From NCBI RefSeq assembly GCF_000150275.1, contig NW_002060968.1:167797-231796 (forward strand): DNA of 64,000 nt, read 5' to 3'. The stretch comes from Trichoplax adhaerens. Lineage: Eukaryota; Animalia; Placozoa. Position numbers and translations under genes: made by a program. Shown here one piece after another: positions 53,301 to 64,000 of this stretch; position 1 is the first letter of the stretch, and every line of letters begins with the position of its first letter. Below the pieces are notes generated by a model. It ran no database searches, had not been told where the DNA came from, and worked only from the letters and a program-made list of their open reading frames with translations.

Positions 53301-55207
53301 CTATTATAACGGCTGAAAATCGAAAAAGAAGCCGTGATGTTACAATTGCAGATACAAGCAGTGTGATAACTTTGATATCTCTACTATTACGTCTGTATAT
53401 ATAGACCAATTGGTTCAACTCTATATCTGCTAGATATCGATGATCAGTGTCGAGATTCAATATCGTTCGCATTGAGGATATCAATTTAGGATGATCTATT
53501 ATAACGGCTGAAAATTGAAATAGAAGCAGCAATGTTACCATGGCAGATACAAGCAGTGTGATGAGCTTGATATCCCTACTGTTTCCTATATATAGACCAA
53601 TTGGTTCAACTGTTTATCTACTAGACATTGATGATCAGTGTCGACATTCAATATTTATTCGAATTGAAGTTATTCATTTAGGATGATCTATTTTAACGCT
53701 ATGACATCGGTCAATTGATTGCACTGTTTACAGTATCTGCTAGATTTGGATGATTGGTGTCGATATTCAAGCTGGCTTGATTATAGAACGATGCAGATTA
53801 CGTGGTTTACGCCTTAGTACTACATCGACTCCAGCAAGATTTTGGCCACAAAATCCTCTTGAAATGGACTCACCTTGATAGCTTTCGCATTTCAACATCA
53901 TGACTAAGCGTATTCAATGTAGTGCGTTCTGACTAATTTCACTTTGCCAAAGTGCTACCGTACTTACAGCTCCACTATCAATAATATTGACTTTGTATTG
54001 ACACAGCGTACCATCTACGCTTTATTGACATCGGTCGGCATGATCTTGGAGTCAACAAGTTGAGAAGGTAAGTAAATCTTAATCTAGTCAACGATCGGCT
54101 GACGATAGAGATTATATGGATAAAAGGCTCATTTCCTACGGTGTTAATTTCCATTTGGAAGAAAATTTCGAATGGACAGTCAAAGCTGGCGATGAACGTG
54201 ATGTGAAATAGTATGACTGTTACTGTATCATTCCGGCTAAAGTACAAGTGATGTTGATTTGTGTTGAACAAAGATCAATGCTTTATTTCATCGTCTCTCC
54301 CTTTCTGCTTCAATCTTACTTTTATGACTATTGATTAGAGTATGGTCTGGAGTGATCGGATGATGGATTGGATAAATGATCGAAAAAGAAATTGAACGTA
54401 GTTTACTTTGCTAGGACTGTCTATAGCGACTCCTACCACTCAACTCCAGTCGATTACACACTACCTACTATTGCGTGAATTTTTCTCCACCATGTCTACG
54501 TTATATCACTCATTCAATCCAGTACAAGCCTATTTCTAGTCTATCTATTAGCGTGTTGACTTTACAAAGTAATCCTATTTCATCGCCTGTCTACCGATAC
54601 AGTAAGTGATTTTTTTTTTCTCCTTTCAGTCAATTTATAAACAAGGGCCCACTGATGATTGTTGTCCATTGGATGCAGCTCGTCCATCACGGCAAGTTGT
54701 CTTCAAGTACGGCGAGATATTCACGCCGCTAGTCACTTTATTAATCATGTCGATATCAAGATTAACAAAGGTGATGATGGGATTGCAACTGGTTTACTGT
54801 GGACAACATCAATCGACTAAGGCATTGGAACCAGTCGACGAGTGGGGTTATGTTATCCAAAGTGATTGGTGTTGTTGTTGGTTCCATATCGATCCAAGAT
54901 CGATTCAAACCAGACAGGCAAAACAAGATTGAACTACGACAGTATCACACTTGTACGCCTACCATGTATAGTAGTGAGTGATGTTGTACTCCAACTTACC
55001 AATACTAAAATCGCCATAGTGAACTGCTCGATTTAAGATCCAAGTGACGATTAATCCCATCACGCGAGAGTTATAGTAGGAGACATAAATAGTCCAGACG
55101 ATGGTCAAGACGGTGAGGATAACATGGCGAGTATAATCGATGGTCGAATTGGTAGGATCGATGGTGGGAAAAACGGAACCAGTTGTATTGTTATTCATGA
55201 TGTCCAT
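32363..55207 (-). CDS. BLTP1: Bridge-like lipid transfer protein family member 1 (KIAA1109/tweek/Csf1 homolog), large multi-exon gene
   Basis: First exon 55207-55000 has the N-terminal TM helix and the family motif VWTIYVSYYNSRVMGLIVTWILNR...FSIG. The next exon from 52374 reads GSVSVSFLSGKIMFR, followed by GYIIFRWW. Internal motifs include IRYGPWVHRQ/HFFYPKDY and NMNNWIDC. The C-terminus WYLDPKIQFLSWAGERTDPVGIDWVLNKLGFENAHSTIPKYLQRGLLDPMD matches KIAA1109 proteins. Large exons lie at ~46480-45125, 44440-43530, 43440-41610 and 34160-33050. Internal exon boundaries were not all resolved. Confidence 0.93.
39580..39618. repeat. (AAT)n microsatellite in a BLTP1 intron
   Basis: aataataataaaaataataataataatataataataatt; it produces the poly-Leu/Ile stretch of the spurious ORF 39365-39658. 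Confidence 0.85.
52470..53770. repeat. Tandem repeat, ~180-186-bp unit, ~7 copies, in BLTP1 intron 1
   Basis: Recurring ttgcagatacaagcagtg..gagcttgatatcc..tagaccaattggttcaact..ctactagatatcgatgatcagtgtcgagattcaatat..gatgatctatt..gaaaattgaaa. The inner copies are near-identical and the outer copies diverged. Confidence 0.9.
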
Positions 55208-55401
55208 GGGTTGATGGATACATTCGATGATCGTTTAGCTTAATAATGTTTCAACAAGGTACAAAATACTGGCAATAAAGTGAAAATCAAGTTGTTGAAT
55301 GTCTTCATGTCTTGCAAGACAAGTTCCACTCCCCTTCCACTTGAACACGGAATGGATCGCTAATGGCTTGCTCTTCGCTGTCAATCGACGGGTGTAGTTT
55401 G

Positions 55402-55462
55402 ACCAGGGGTGTTCAAACCACACAGGGTGGGCGATCCAGGGGTGTTCAAACCACACAGGGTA
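55402..55462. repeat. Short direct repeat (~34 bp x2) just upstream of the BLTP1 start codon
   Basis: ccaggggtgttcaaaccacacagggt occurs twice in tandem. Confidence 0.85.
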
Positions 55463-55624
55463 GGGGATGGAAACACGGTTTGATTACCATGGTTTCCACT
55501 GCAAGGTCAAGCGTCAGGTGCACCACGCACCCATGGAAGAGGTCAGTTGACAGACGATGACGCTCATCCCTAGTGTCAAGTGTGTCTTGGGGTGTAACGG
55601 GCTGTAGCGGTACTGGTTCTCCAG

Positions 55625-56810
55625 CCTACAGTACTGTACACTGTTGACTCCAGTGGACAGTACTGAGGACCACGACGCAGAGATACTGTACACTGTAGTC
55701 TGAGGAGGGGTAGTGTCACTCAACGACCAAGTCACTTTCACAGTTTCACCCCTGTCGCCCTTAGGTTGCTTTCAACCTACTGCCAAGTCACTTTCTATCC
55801 CGGTCACCCTCGCAGACAACACGCTTTAAGCTTACTGTCGTAGTGTGGAGTGGCTATGGCTCGAGTAAGCCATAGGTGAGAGGGCAACGACAGGAGCAAT
55901 GGCGTAGTCCAATTGCACCCGGTTAAAACTACTATACTAGTGTACACTGTACAGTGTACAGTACTGTATGTAAGACTAACCAGTACTGAGGACCAGGACG
56001 CAGAGATACTGTACACTGTAGTCTGACGAGTGGTAGTGTCACTCAACTACCAAGTCACTTTCATAGTTTCACCCCAGTAACCTGAGGTTGCTTTCAGCCT
56101 ACTGCCAAGTCACTTTCCATTCCGGTCACCCGCGCAGACAACACGCTTTAAGCTTACTGTCCGGAGTAAGTGGCTATGGCTCGTGTCAGCCATAGCGCAA
56201 TAACGTAGTCCAATTGCACCCGGTTAGAACTAACTACAGTACAGTAAGACTAACCGGCTGGTTCTCCAGTGTACGTACACTGTACAGTGCTGAGGACCAG
56301 GACGCAGAGATACTGTACACTGTAGTCTGAGGAGGGGTAGTGTCATTCATCTACCAAGTCACTTTCATAGTTTCACCCCAGTAACCTGAGGTTGCTTTCA
56401 GCCTACTGCCAAGTCACTTTCCACCCTGGTCACCCTCGCAGACAACACGCTTTAAGCTTACTGTCGTAGTGTGGAGTGAGTGGCTATGGCTTGAGTCAGC
56501 CATAGCGCAATGGCGTAGTCCAATTGCACTCGGTTAGAACTAACTACAGTACTGTACAGAGTACAGTGTAGTCTGAGGAGGGGTAGTGTCAGTCAACTAC
56601 CAAGTCACTTTCATAGTTTCACCCCAGTAACCTGAGGTTGCTTTCAGCCTACTGCCAAGTCACTTTCCATCCCGGTCACCCTCTCAGACAACACGCTTTA
56701 AGCTTACTGTCGTAGTGTGGATTGTGTGGCTATGACTTGAGTAAGCCATAGGTGAGAGGACAACGACAGGAGCAATGGCGTAGTCCAATTGCACCTAGTT
56801 AGAACTAAGT
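55625..56810. repeat. GC-richer tandem repeat, ~250-325-bp unit x4, upstream of BLTP1
   Basis: Units start near 55658, 55981, 56285 and 56561 (last one truncated). Each contains tgtagtctga(g/c)gag..gtagtgtc, two copies of ccaagtcactttc, cagacaacacgctttaagcttactgt, a ctatggct..agccatag hairpin and cgtagtccaattgcac. Confidence 0.92.
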
Positions 56811-56929
56811 AAGATGAACAAGCTGGCCAACTATAGTTGACGCTGATTATGTTTTAGTACGTCAAAAAGACATTGAAAATGGCTCCCTAGAGGAGAAAGA
56901 GAGAGGGATAGCAAACGACGATCTTGTCG

Positions 56930-57150
56930 TAAAACCAAGATGGCGTTATTTTCCCTAGTCATTTCACTCTACCGTCAGACTGCAATTTGTAAACTTTACT
57001 CTTGCTCGATGACGTCAGCTTCATCAAGCCGGAAAAGTACCCCTGCAGGCGGGCTTGATCGGCGATTTTGAAGAGTAAATCCCTTCAAAGTTTCGCGCTA
57101 TAACACCGCCATTTCACTCTTTGCCAGGATTTGAATAGAGAGAGTAAATG
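56930..57150. promoter_or_regulatory. CpG-rich promoter-like segment with YY1-, CRE- and ETS-type motifs
   Basis: AAGATGGCG (56937-56945), TGACGTCA (57010-57017) and CCGGAA (57029-57034) cluster in a locally GC/CpG-rich patch. A similar CGCCATCTT motif sits just before the MRPL22 ATG. Confidence 0.4.
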
Positions 57151-57179
57151 AGATCGCACCATCACTATAAAAGAGCAGT

Positions 57180-58330
57180 AAATCACGTAGTACGAGTACA
57201 TGTTGTTGGCCAGTGTTGAACAACGTTTGACAATAGCATCTTGACAGGCCGGCCATTCTACCTATTTATGTAAACATTACCCTTTGGCATTTTGCAGTCA
57301 TACAGTAAGCTCTACTGTATAATTGTAATAAATGCGTCTCACAATAACTATCTTAGTCCAATGGTATTCTCTAAATGGCTCTTATTACAAGGTTTTAGCA
57401 ATAGTAGATCAATAATGAATTACTACAAGAATCTAGCGTAGAATCAAAAGTATTCCGAGCTCAAAGCGAAGTGAAGTCTCATCTCCTCCGTGAACTCATC
57501 TCTGCAGTTCTTATATATGCACATTTTGTTTAATCGATTAATGACAACTTGATTCATCTACAACCAGACATGAGTCATCAAACAAAATAATTTTCTCTAA
57601 TGGTATATCATTATTTTCTACAATCGAAATTATTCTACTTCAGATATCACTACTCTTCTATGAACGTCTAGGCCCTTTCTCCGAAGGGCATCTTAACAAT
57701 TACAGAGTTTCTAGCGACATAAATCTTGTACCATAATGAGTCCACTGGCTACCATTAGTCATCAACCATATTTCTATTAGAGTAGTTATTTATCATCTAA
57801 TATTAGCCTCACGATAATATCGAATCATAATAACTTCATCAAATAGAGCTATCCACATAATGTTTCGAACGACATAAATCTTGTACCATAATGAGTCCAC
57901 TGGCTACCTTCATTCATCAACAATTTCTATTAGAGTAGTTAGCTATCATCTAATATTAGCCTCACGATAATATCGAATCAAAATAACCTCACTATAGCAA
58001 ATAGAGCTATCCGTATAATTAAATATGGGTGCATTACTACAATGATATAAATCACGTCGTACATGTTGCAGGCCAGTCTTGAACAACATGTGACGATATC
58101 ATTTTGAATCTTGACCGATCATTCTCCCTATAGAAACATTGCCTGCCTGCATTTTACATTATGCAAGAATAGACTAAATTCAGCCTTACTGTACTTTATG
58201 ATATCAATCACGTTGTGCTAGTGGCAAGTCAGTGTTGAACAACATTTGAAGAGATCATCTTGACCTTCTAACAATATAAACACTGCCCCTCGGTATTTTA
58301 CATCTTGTAGGAGTACAGCAAACGCAACTT
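57180..58330. repeat. Dispersed and tandem duplications: ~130-bp element x3 (57180, 58050, 58205) and ~155-bp tandem pair (57715-58018)
   Basis: aatcacgt..g(c/t)cagt(g/c)ttgaacaac..tga..at.ttga..aaaca(t/c)t..cc..attt occurs three times. cgacataaatcttgtaccataatgagtccactggctacc...agagctatcc occurs twice. Confidence 0.8.
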
Positions 58331-59599
58331 TAATGTACTGTAAGATCTAGCGCATTGAAAGCAATACTCTACTCCACGACACTCTATGCACTCAACACTT
58401 TCTCGCCATTGTCCAATCTGCAGATAACATCAAAATTATCTATTGTAGACTAATGTTTTATCTATCAGATAAGTACGCGACAAGCTCGTAGAAATGGAAT
58501 GGAAGTACACCGGATCCAAATCAATCATCCGCTATGCATCAACGTGGATCCAGACTATTCATTGAATGCCGTAGTCAATAGGATAAATTAGATCATGCAT
58601 GCCTCACAATAGAGTCTTCGTCAATCAAGGCGAAATAGACTAATCGAATGGAGTAGATTGATGAAATGCTCCGTTGGTGGAGTTCTATAGTGGAAGATTC
58701 ATCTACACCACACCATTTTCTTCTAATCGCCATCAGTTCTTGCCATGATCATGACCATCCAGATCGATGGTACCTGCTGTCATCGTAGACTGTAATAGCT
58801 AATACAGAGCTAAAATGGTCTATCATAGAGTGCACCACTACAATTCTAGCTCATAATTAATTCAGATGCGTCTCTCTTTCCCCCATGCCAATCCAGTCGT
58901 TTAGTAATTGCATTAATTAATTAATCAATTGTATTTTAACGTAGCAAGACTCCTGTTGATTTCGAATTTTTGATATTAAATCATTGTAAGGTCAAAGATG
59001 CAAGATGAGGTCAAGTTGGCAGAAATCAGCGTTCGATCACTCTCTTATCCGCGATACCATGTTACAGGTAATATTGCTTGATATAAAGGTCGACACCTCT
59101 ATCTACCCTTGACAGAAAAGAATGTCACTTGTGGCCATGATTTTGCACTGCATGTGGTTAAATTAAGGATGACAATGCACGTAGGATACAGTATTGCAGA
59201 TAATTTTATCCAGTCTTTCCTACTCGTTAGATAGGCATCATGATATCAGAGGTTATTTTATCTCCAAACTTCGTAATTCTACATCAACCTGTCGCAAAGA
59301 ACGCTGGAGTTAGACAATTTCTATAGTAATCATACTGTGTATAACGATCATGGCTCAGCCAGAGCTGCAACCAGCACGATTTTGTATCGTCTTACTCCTT
59401 AAATCAACACGATTGATTACCGTAACTAATTGAATTCGTAAAATTCTTAAGAGATCAATTTCATACTTGGCAAGCGTATAGGACAAGGCGGGTAGTCTTC
59501 CAAGAGATCCATTTGTTGCAGTTTTTGGCGGCAATAATTATCTTATCGAAGCGCCTTTCCGCAGATCGATTTACTTGCAAGTTTTGCGCCAATGATTTT

Positions 59600-60700
59600 C
59601 TTCTCGAAGGATTCATTTATTTATTTCCTCGCTTCGCGCTAATAATTTGCTTCTCCAATCTCCTTTCTACTGTAGATATCGATTCACTATTTAGCTTTGC
59701 TGTATTAATTATCTCATCGACATAGCTACCATTCTAGATCAATTTATTCACTCACTTTACGCTAATAATTTCCTTCTCAAGTCTTCTTTCTATTGTAGAT
59801 ATCAATTCACTGTCTAGCTTCGCTGTATTAATTATCTCATCAGCTGTACATAGGTACCTTTCTAGATCAATTTATTCACTTACTTTACGCTAATAATTTC
59901 CTTCTCCAATCTTCTTTCTATTGTAGATATCAATTCACTGTCTAGCTTCGCTGTATTAATTATCTCATCAACCGTACATAGGTATCTTTCTAGATCAATT
60001 TATTCACTCATTTTACGCTAATAATTTCCTTCTCCAATCTTCTTTCTATTGTAGATATCAATTCACTGTCTAGCTTCGCTGTATTTATTATCTCATCAAC
60101 TGTACATAGCTACCTTTCTAGATCAATGGATTTCCTCCTTTTATGCTAATAACTTCCTTCTCGGACCCCGTTTCCAGAAATCAATTCATCCTCTAACTTC
60201 GCCCTATATTAATCATCTCATCTACGTAGCTGCCTTTCTAGATTTATTTATTTCCTCGCTTTACGCTAATGATTTCCTTCTCCAAACCCTTTTCTAGAAA
60301 TCAATTCAACCTCTAACTTCGCTGTATTAATCATCTTATCTACGTAGCTACCTTTCTAGATAAATTTATTTCCTTCTCCAAACACCTTTCTAGAAATCAG
60401 TTCATCCTCTAGGTTCGCTGTATTAATTAGTGTATCTTATCTACGTAGCTACCTTTTCTAGATCAATTTATTTCCCTGCTTCATGTCAATAATTTTAGAA
60501 TCCAACTGCCTTTCTAGAAATCGATTCACTTTCTGCCCTTTGAGGAAATCATTTTCTAAAAGTTTATTTATTTCATAGTTTTAGGCTAATAATTTTCTTG
60601 TCTAGGCAACCTTAAATGAGATAATTTTATTTTCAAACTTTGCGATAATAATCTAGTCTAAAAGCTTTTCGAGATATCTATATGAGTATACTGTGTTTCT
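59600..60700. repeat. Tandem repeat, ~120-128-bp unit (two ~60-bp subunits), ~8 copies
   Basis: Recurring gctaataatttccttctccaatcttctttctattgtagatatcaattcactgtctagcttcgctgtattaattatctcatc..ctttctagatcaatttattcac, decaying toward both ends. Confidence 0.9.
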
Positions 60701-61164
60701 GAGCTTGAAGCTAACAATTTTCAGACACAACCTCTTTTCTGAGATCAGTTTACTTCATAGCTTTACTGCAATAAGTTTTCTTATCCAGTCATTTCAAACT
60801 TTGAAAAATTTCTTTTGTTCTTTAAACAGTTGCGGTATGCGTATTCTATATTTTCAATCAATTACAATTAAAAGTAAGAAATTTCACTAAATTATCATAA
60901 TTTGTAGATTCATTTATCCTTAACACGAGCACCCCTTCAGAAATGGGCGTCATAATTACTGTATTTCCACGTCTTATTAGAATACGCTACTTTTTATACA
61001 AATCTAGGCATGCATCTAAGGTATATTTGCATATGCGTTCAGAAATTACATTGAACGTTTAAAACATTCATACGTATAACCATCAATTTTAGCTATTCCT
61101 ATGCAATTGACGACATATTTTCCATTTTGATGATGTCGACTAAAATTGCCTAATCTAACTTTCA

Positions 61165-63930
61165 TACCTGTAGACGGAATACTTTAGATCTGAACATCCA
61201 CGTAAACGTTGATGCGGACAATGTTTCAAACCATTATCAACCTTCAATCACAGATCCAGTAATTTGATCCGTAACTGTATGAGCGTATAAGTGTATTTGC
61301 TATAATCAATTTGTAAGAAATGTTACAAAATATGAGATATAAATATCTAAAGCATGGGAATGAAAGTATCAGCACTTCATCTAATGCACTTTACAAAGTA
61401 CCCAAATTACTGCAGAAATATTATTTATATTAATTAATATAATCCAAATTCAGCAAGTCATCAATACCATGATATTAGAAGAGAATGATTATAAGCCAGC
61501 ATTAATAGATAATGTCATGCAAATACTACCGCCAAGTTTATATCAACGTATACTCGTTTATATGATATATGAATAAGGCCGTAGATAATATGTATGTTTT
61601 ATTGATATGGGAATAATATAGTTGTCATTTCTTTTTGTTTGAGCAAATCAAGTACTGAGAACCATGTATTTATGTTAATGTTAGATAAGTTAATTCAGCC
61701 TTCAATCTAACTTACTCACAGATCTAATAGTAGAAAATAAACGTCAATTTAATTTTTATATTATATATTAAAGTCAGCTTATTATCAAGCAAACTTATTT
61801 TATGGCACGACTCCAAATTTAATTTACTCCATTTCATCCATTATATGATGCTATTGCATAAATATTATTTATTAAGATGGTTATCGGCGCCATAAAGAAA
61901 TACCCATCTAGCAGGTGTAGTAATTCAGTTTATCGTAGCTACTCCTGTAGTCATTACATTGACATAAACTATTTGCTAGAATTCTTTTGTATTAAGTACG
62001 TCTTTCAATGTCATTTAAATTTACTTTATGAATTGAAATTATACAGAAATTAATTATATTACACAGGCTAAACAAAATTGAAACATATTTAAGCTATAAC
62101 AGTAAATAGAGAATAGCAATCCATGTAGAAATTTAAATTCAACATTACTAGCGTTAAAGGCTAGGATTTGAGGCAGAATTTGGTAAAGATAGGTTTGTAA
62201 AGTTATAATTTACTGTCATAATTATTTATTAACTATAGATCTATAACTAATTATAAGCCTAATTTATAATACTTTGGGTAGTGAATGTCCAACTATCATA
62301 CGAGTATACCGTATAACTGTGATATGACTGTACGCGTTAATATCATTAAATGGAATTCAATCTGAAAACAGAGGAAGATAGTTCCTAAAAACTTAAATAC
62401 ATTGTAATATAATTATTCGTACGAGCCAACATCTGATGAACCTTACAATAGACCTGAAATAGCAATTATGGCAATCAAGAATGCCCAGCCGAGGATAATC
62501 TTTATGTTTAGCGTACCGTATCTGGCATAACTAGAATTTCACTTGCTCAAATTTGAAGCTGCCCAACCTAGTAGCATAGCCCATATAATAATAAATACAA
62601 CTTCAATATACTGCAGTACAGTAGCAATAATGGGTATTAAAATAACCTGACAATAATCTTGACTATAAATTATGTTAAATTCTTGGCTTTTTACTTATCC
62701 CATTTAAATAAACTGCTACTATCAGCTGGAAGCAAAATTCATCAAAATCAATAGACATAAGAAAATATCATAAAAGTTTATGTAAGTACATGAAATTATA
62801 AATACTAATGACTATTGCTTTGCAATCTTTCCATACACATGCATACTTAATAGTCGGATAAAACACGTCATTTGATAAATAATACCTCTAATTGTCATCA
62901 ATTCAAAAACGTTTCTATTTATTATGTAAACAGTACTAGTATCCATGAATTCTGTTATTCATTTTTCCATCTATAACATATACACTATGATATTAATAAC
63001 AAAATTGAAGGATTACTTTTGCTATCTACTAAACAATTGACTTATTTATTCATTAATACTATAAAAAATTGATTTATGTCATGAAGTAATTTATAAGAAA
63101 ATGAAAGCGTATATCATGGATGATCAAGCTACTACAATATGGTAATGATAACTGTTTGAAATGTCAATCTACTTTATTGATTGTTACCCTTGTGCTCCCA
63201 TTCCACTTATTACGTAATTAATGACTAGTAACACGTCAAAGTAAACATAGAGGTCGCTTTAGGAACGTGGAATCATAGCTAGGTAATATGATGTAATATA
63301 TGGAGTTGTCTTCATCTTAACTAAATAATCAAACTAAAAAATAAATTATCTAGTAATAGCATATATTCTGGATTAAACTCAATGCTAAAGAATTTTATAA
63401 ATTAACGTAAATCAAATCATAATTGAATTAAATAGCTGATTGGACTAAATAATAAGAATAATAGTATAATCTAAATAAGATTATTAATAACAAAGATAGA
63501 GAAAAAAAGAAATAAGTTTTGTCTTTCAATACTTTTAACAGAATATCCCACATATATTGTAATACCACTTTGCATGGCAAATTAGCAAAAAAACTAATAC
63601 ATATACTATTACTGGTAATTTCTTTTGATATAGTTTATAATTGTTTTATAGAATAATACTGCTATTAGAAATAGGCCATGCTAGCAATCATTTTATTGCT
63701 ATAACATTAATTCTTTGCCATCCATTCACGATATATCATTATTTATCGAAACACTTTATTTTAAAGTATTAATTTTACATCAGCGTATTCGCATATTGGT
63801 ATACAGTAAATATACAATTTTATATTTAAAATATTTCCCAAGGTGTATTGAGCATATAATGCAATAATAAAAGTACCTCTAAATAAATAAAAATATATGT
63901 TTTCCTCCTTCACGCTCTTCGAGTGTGAAG
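61165..63930 (-). pseudogene. Probable decayed adhesion/secretin-family (7tm_2) GPCR
   Basis: Exon-like 62646-62447 (cag|...|gtaagg) reads VILIPIIATVLQYIEVVFIIIWAMLLGWAASNLSK*NSSYARYGTLNIKIILGWAFLIAIIAISGL, resembling class-B2 TM3 (IAxxLxY...WxL) and TM4 (xxLGWxxPxxI). Further hydrophobic fragments lie at ~61850-61930 (WVFL/FMAPITILINN, TM5-like, frameshifted) and ~63830-63930 (TM2-like). There are in-frame stops, e.g. TGA at 62539-62541. Confidence 0.45.
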
Positions 63931-64000
63931 GGAATATGACTAGTATATAATGGCAAATTAATTTCATGAATAATTAAAAATATAGACTTAATTTTCGTCT

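Noticed and set aside
55625-56810. CRISPR-like array
   Set aside because: The units are ~300 bp with near-identical internal sequence and no unique spacers, the context is eukaryotic and there are no cas genes.

Overview
AT-rich, intron-rich eukaryotic (animal) genomic DNA, not prokaryotic. The short GT-AG introns, compact genes, 50-N scaffold gap and composition resemble a placozoan such as Trichoplax; this is inference, not shown. Two conserved genes lie tail-to-tail on the right: mitochondrial ribosomal protein uL22m/MRPL22 (+, 29197-31326, 6 exons) and the giant bridge-like lipid transfer protein BLTP1/KIAA1109/tweek (-, 32363-55207). The main result is in the apparently empty first 22 kb. 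Manual splicing of minus-strand exons reveals a tandem cluster of four divergent paralogous genes: A 2455-4049, B 7510-9082, C 12254-13704 plus unresolved 5' exons, and D 19101-21844. They share an exon/phase architecture (phase 1/1/0; a 119-nt middle exon in three of them) and encode ~185-260-aa proteins with no signal peptide and a 12-beta-strand, three-fold pattern typical of beta-trefoil cytokines (IL-1/FGF superfamily). B carries a single homopolymer frameshift, and D has an acidic N-terminal extension resembling a pro-domain. The window also contains a ~780-bp foldback inverted repeat around the assembly gap, several tandem repeats (including a ~300-bp x4 array upstream of BLTP1), decayed duplicated segments and a probable adhesion/secretin-type GPCR pseudogene at the right end.
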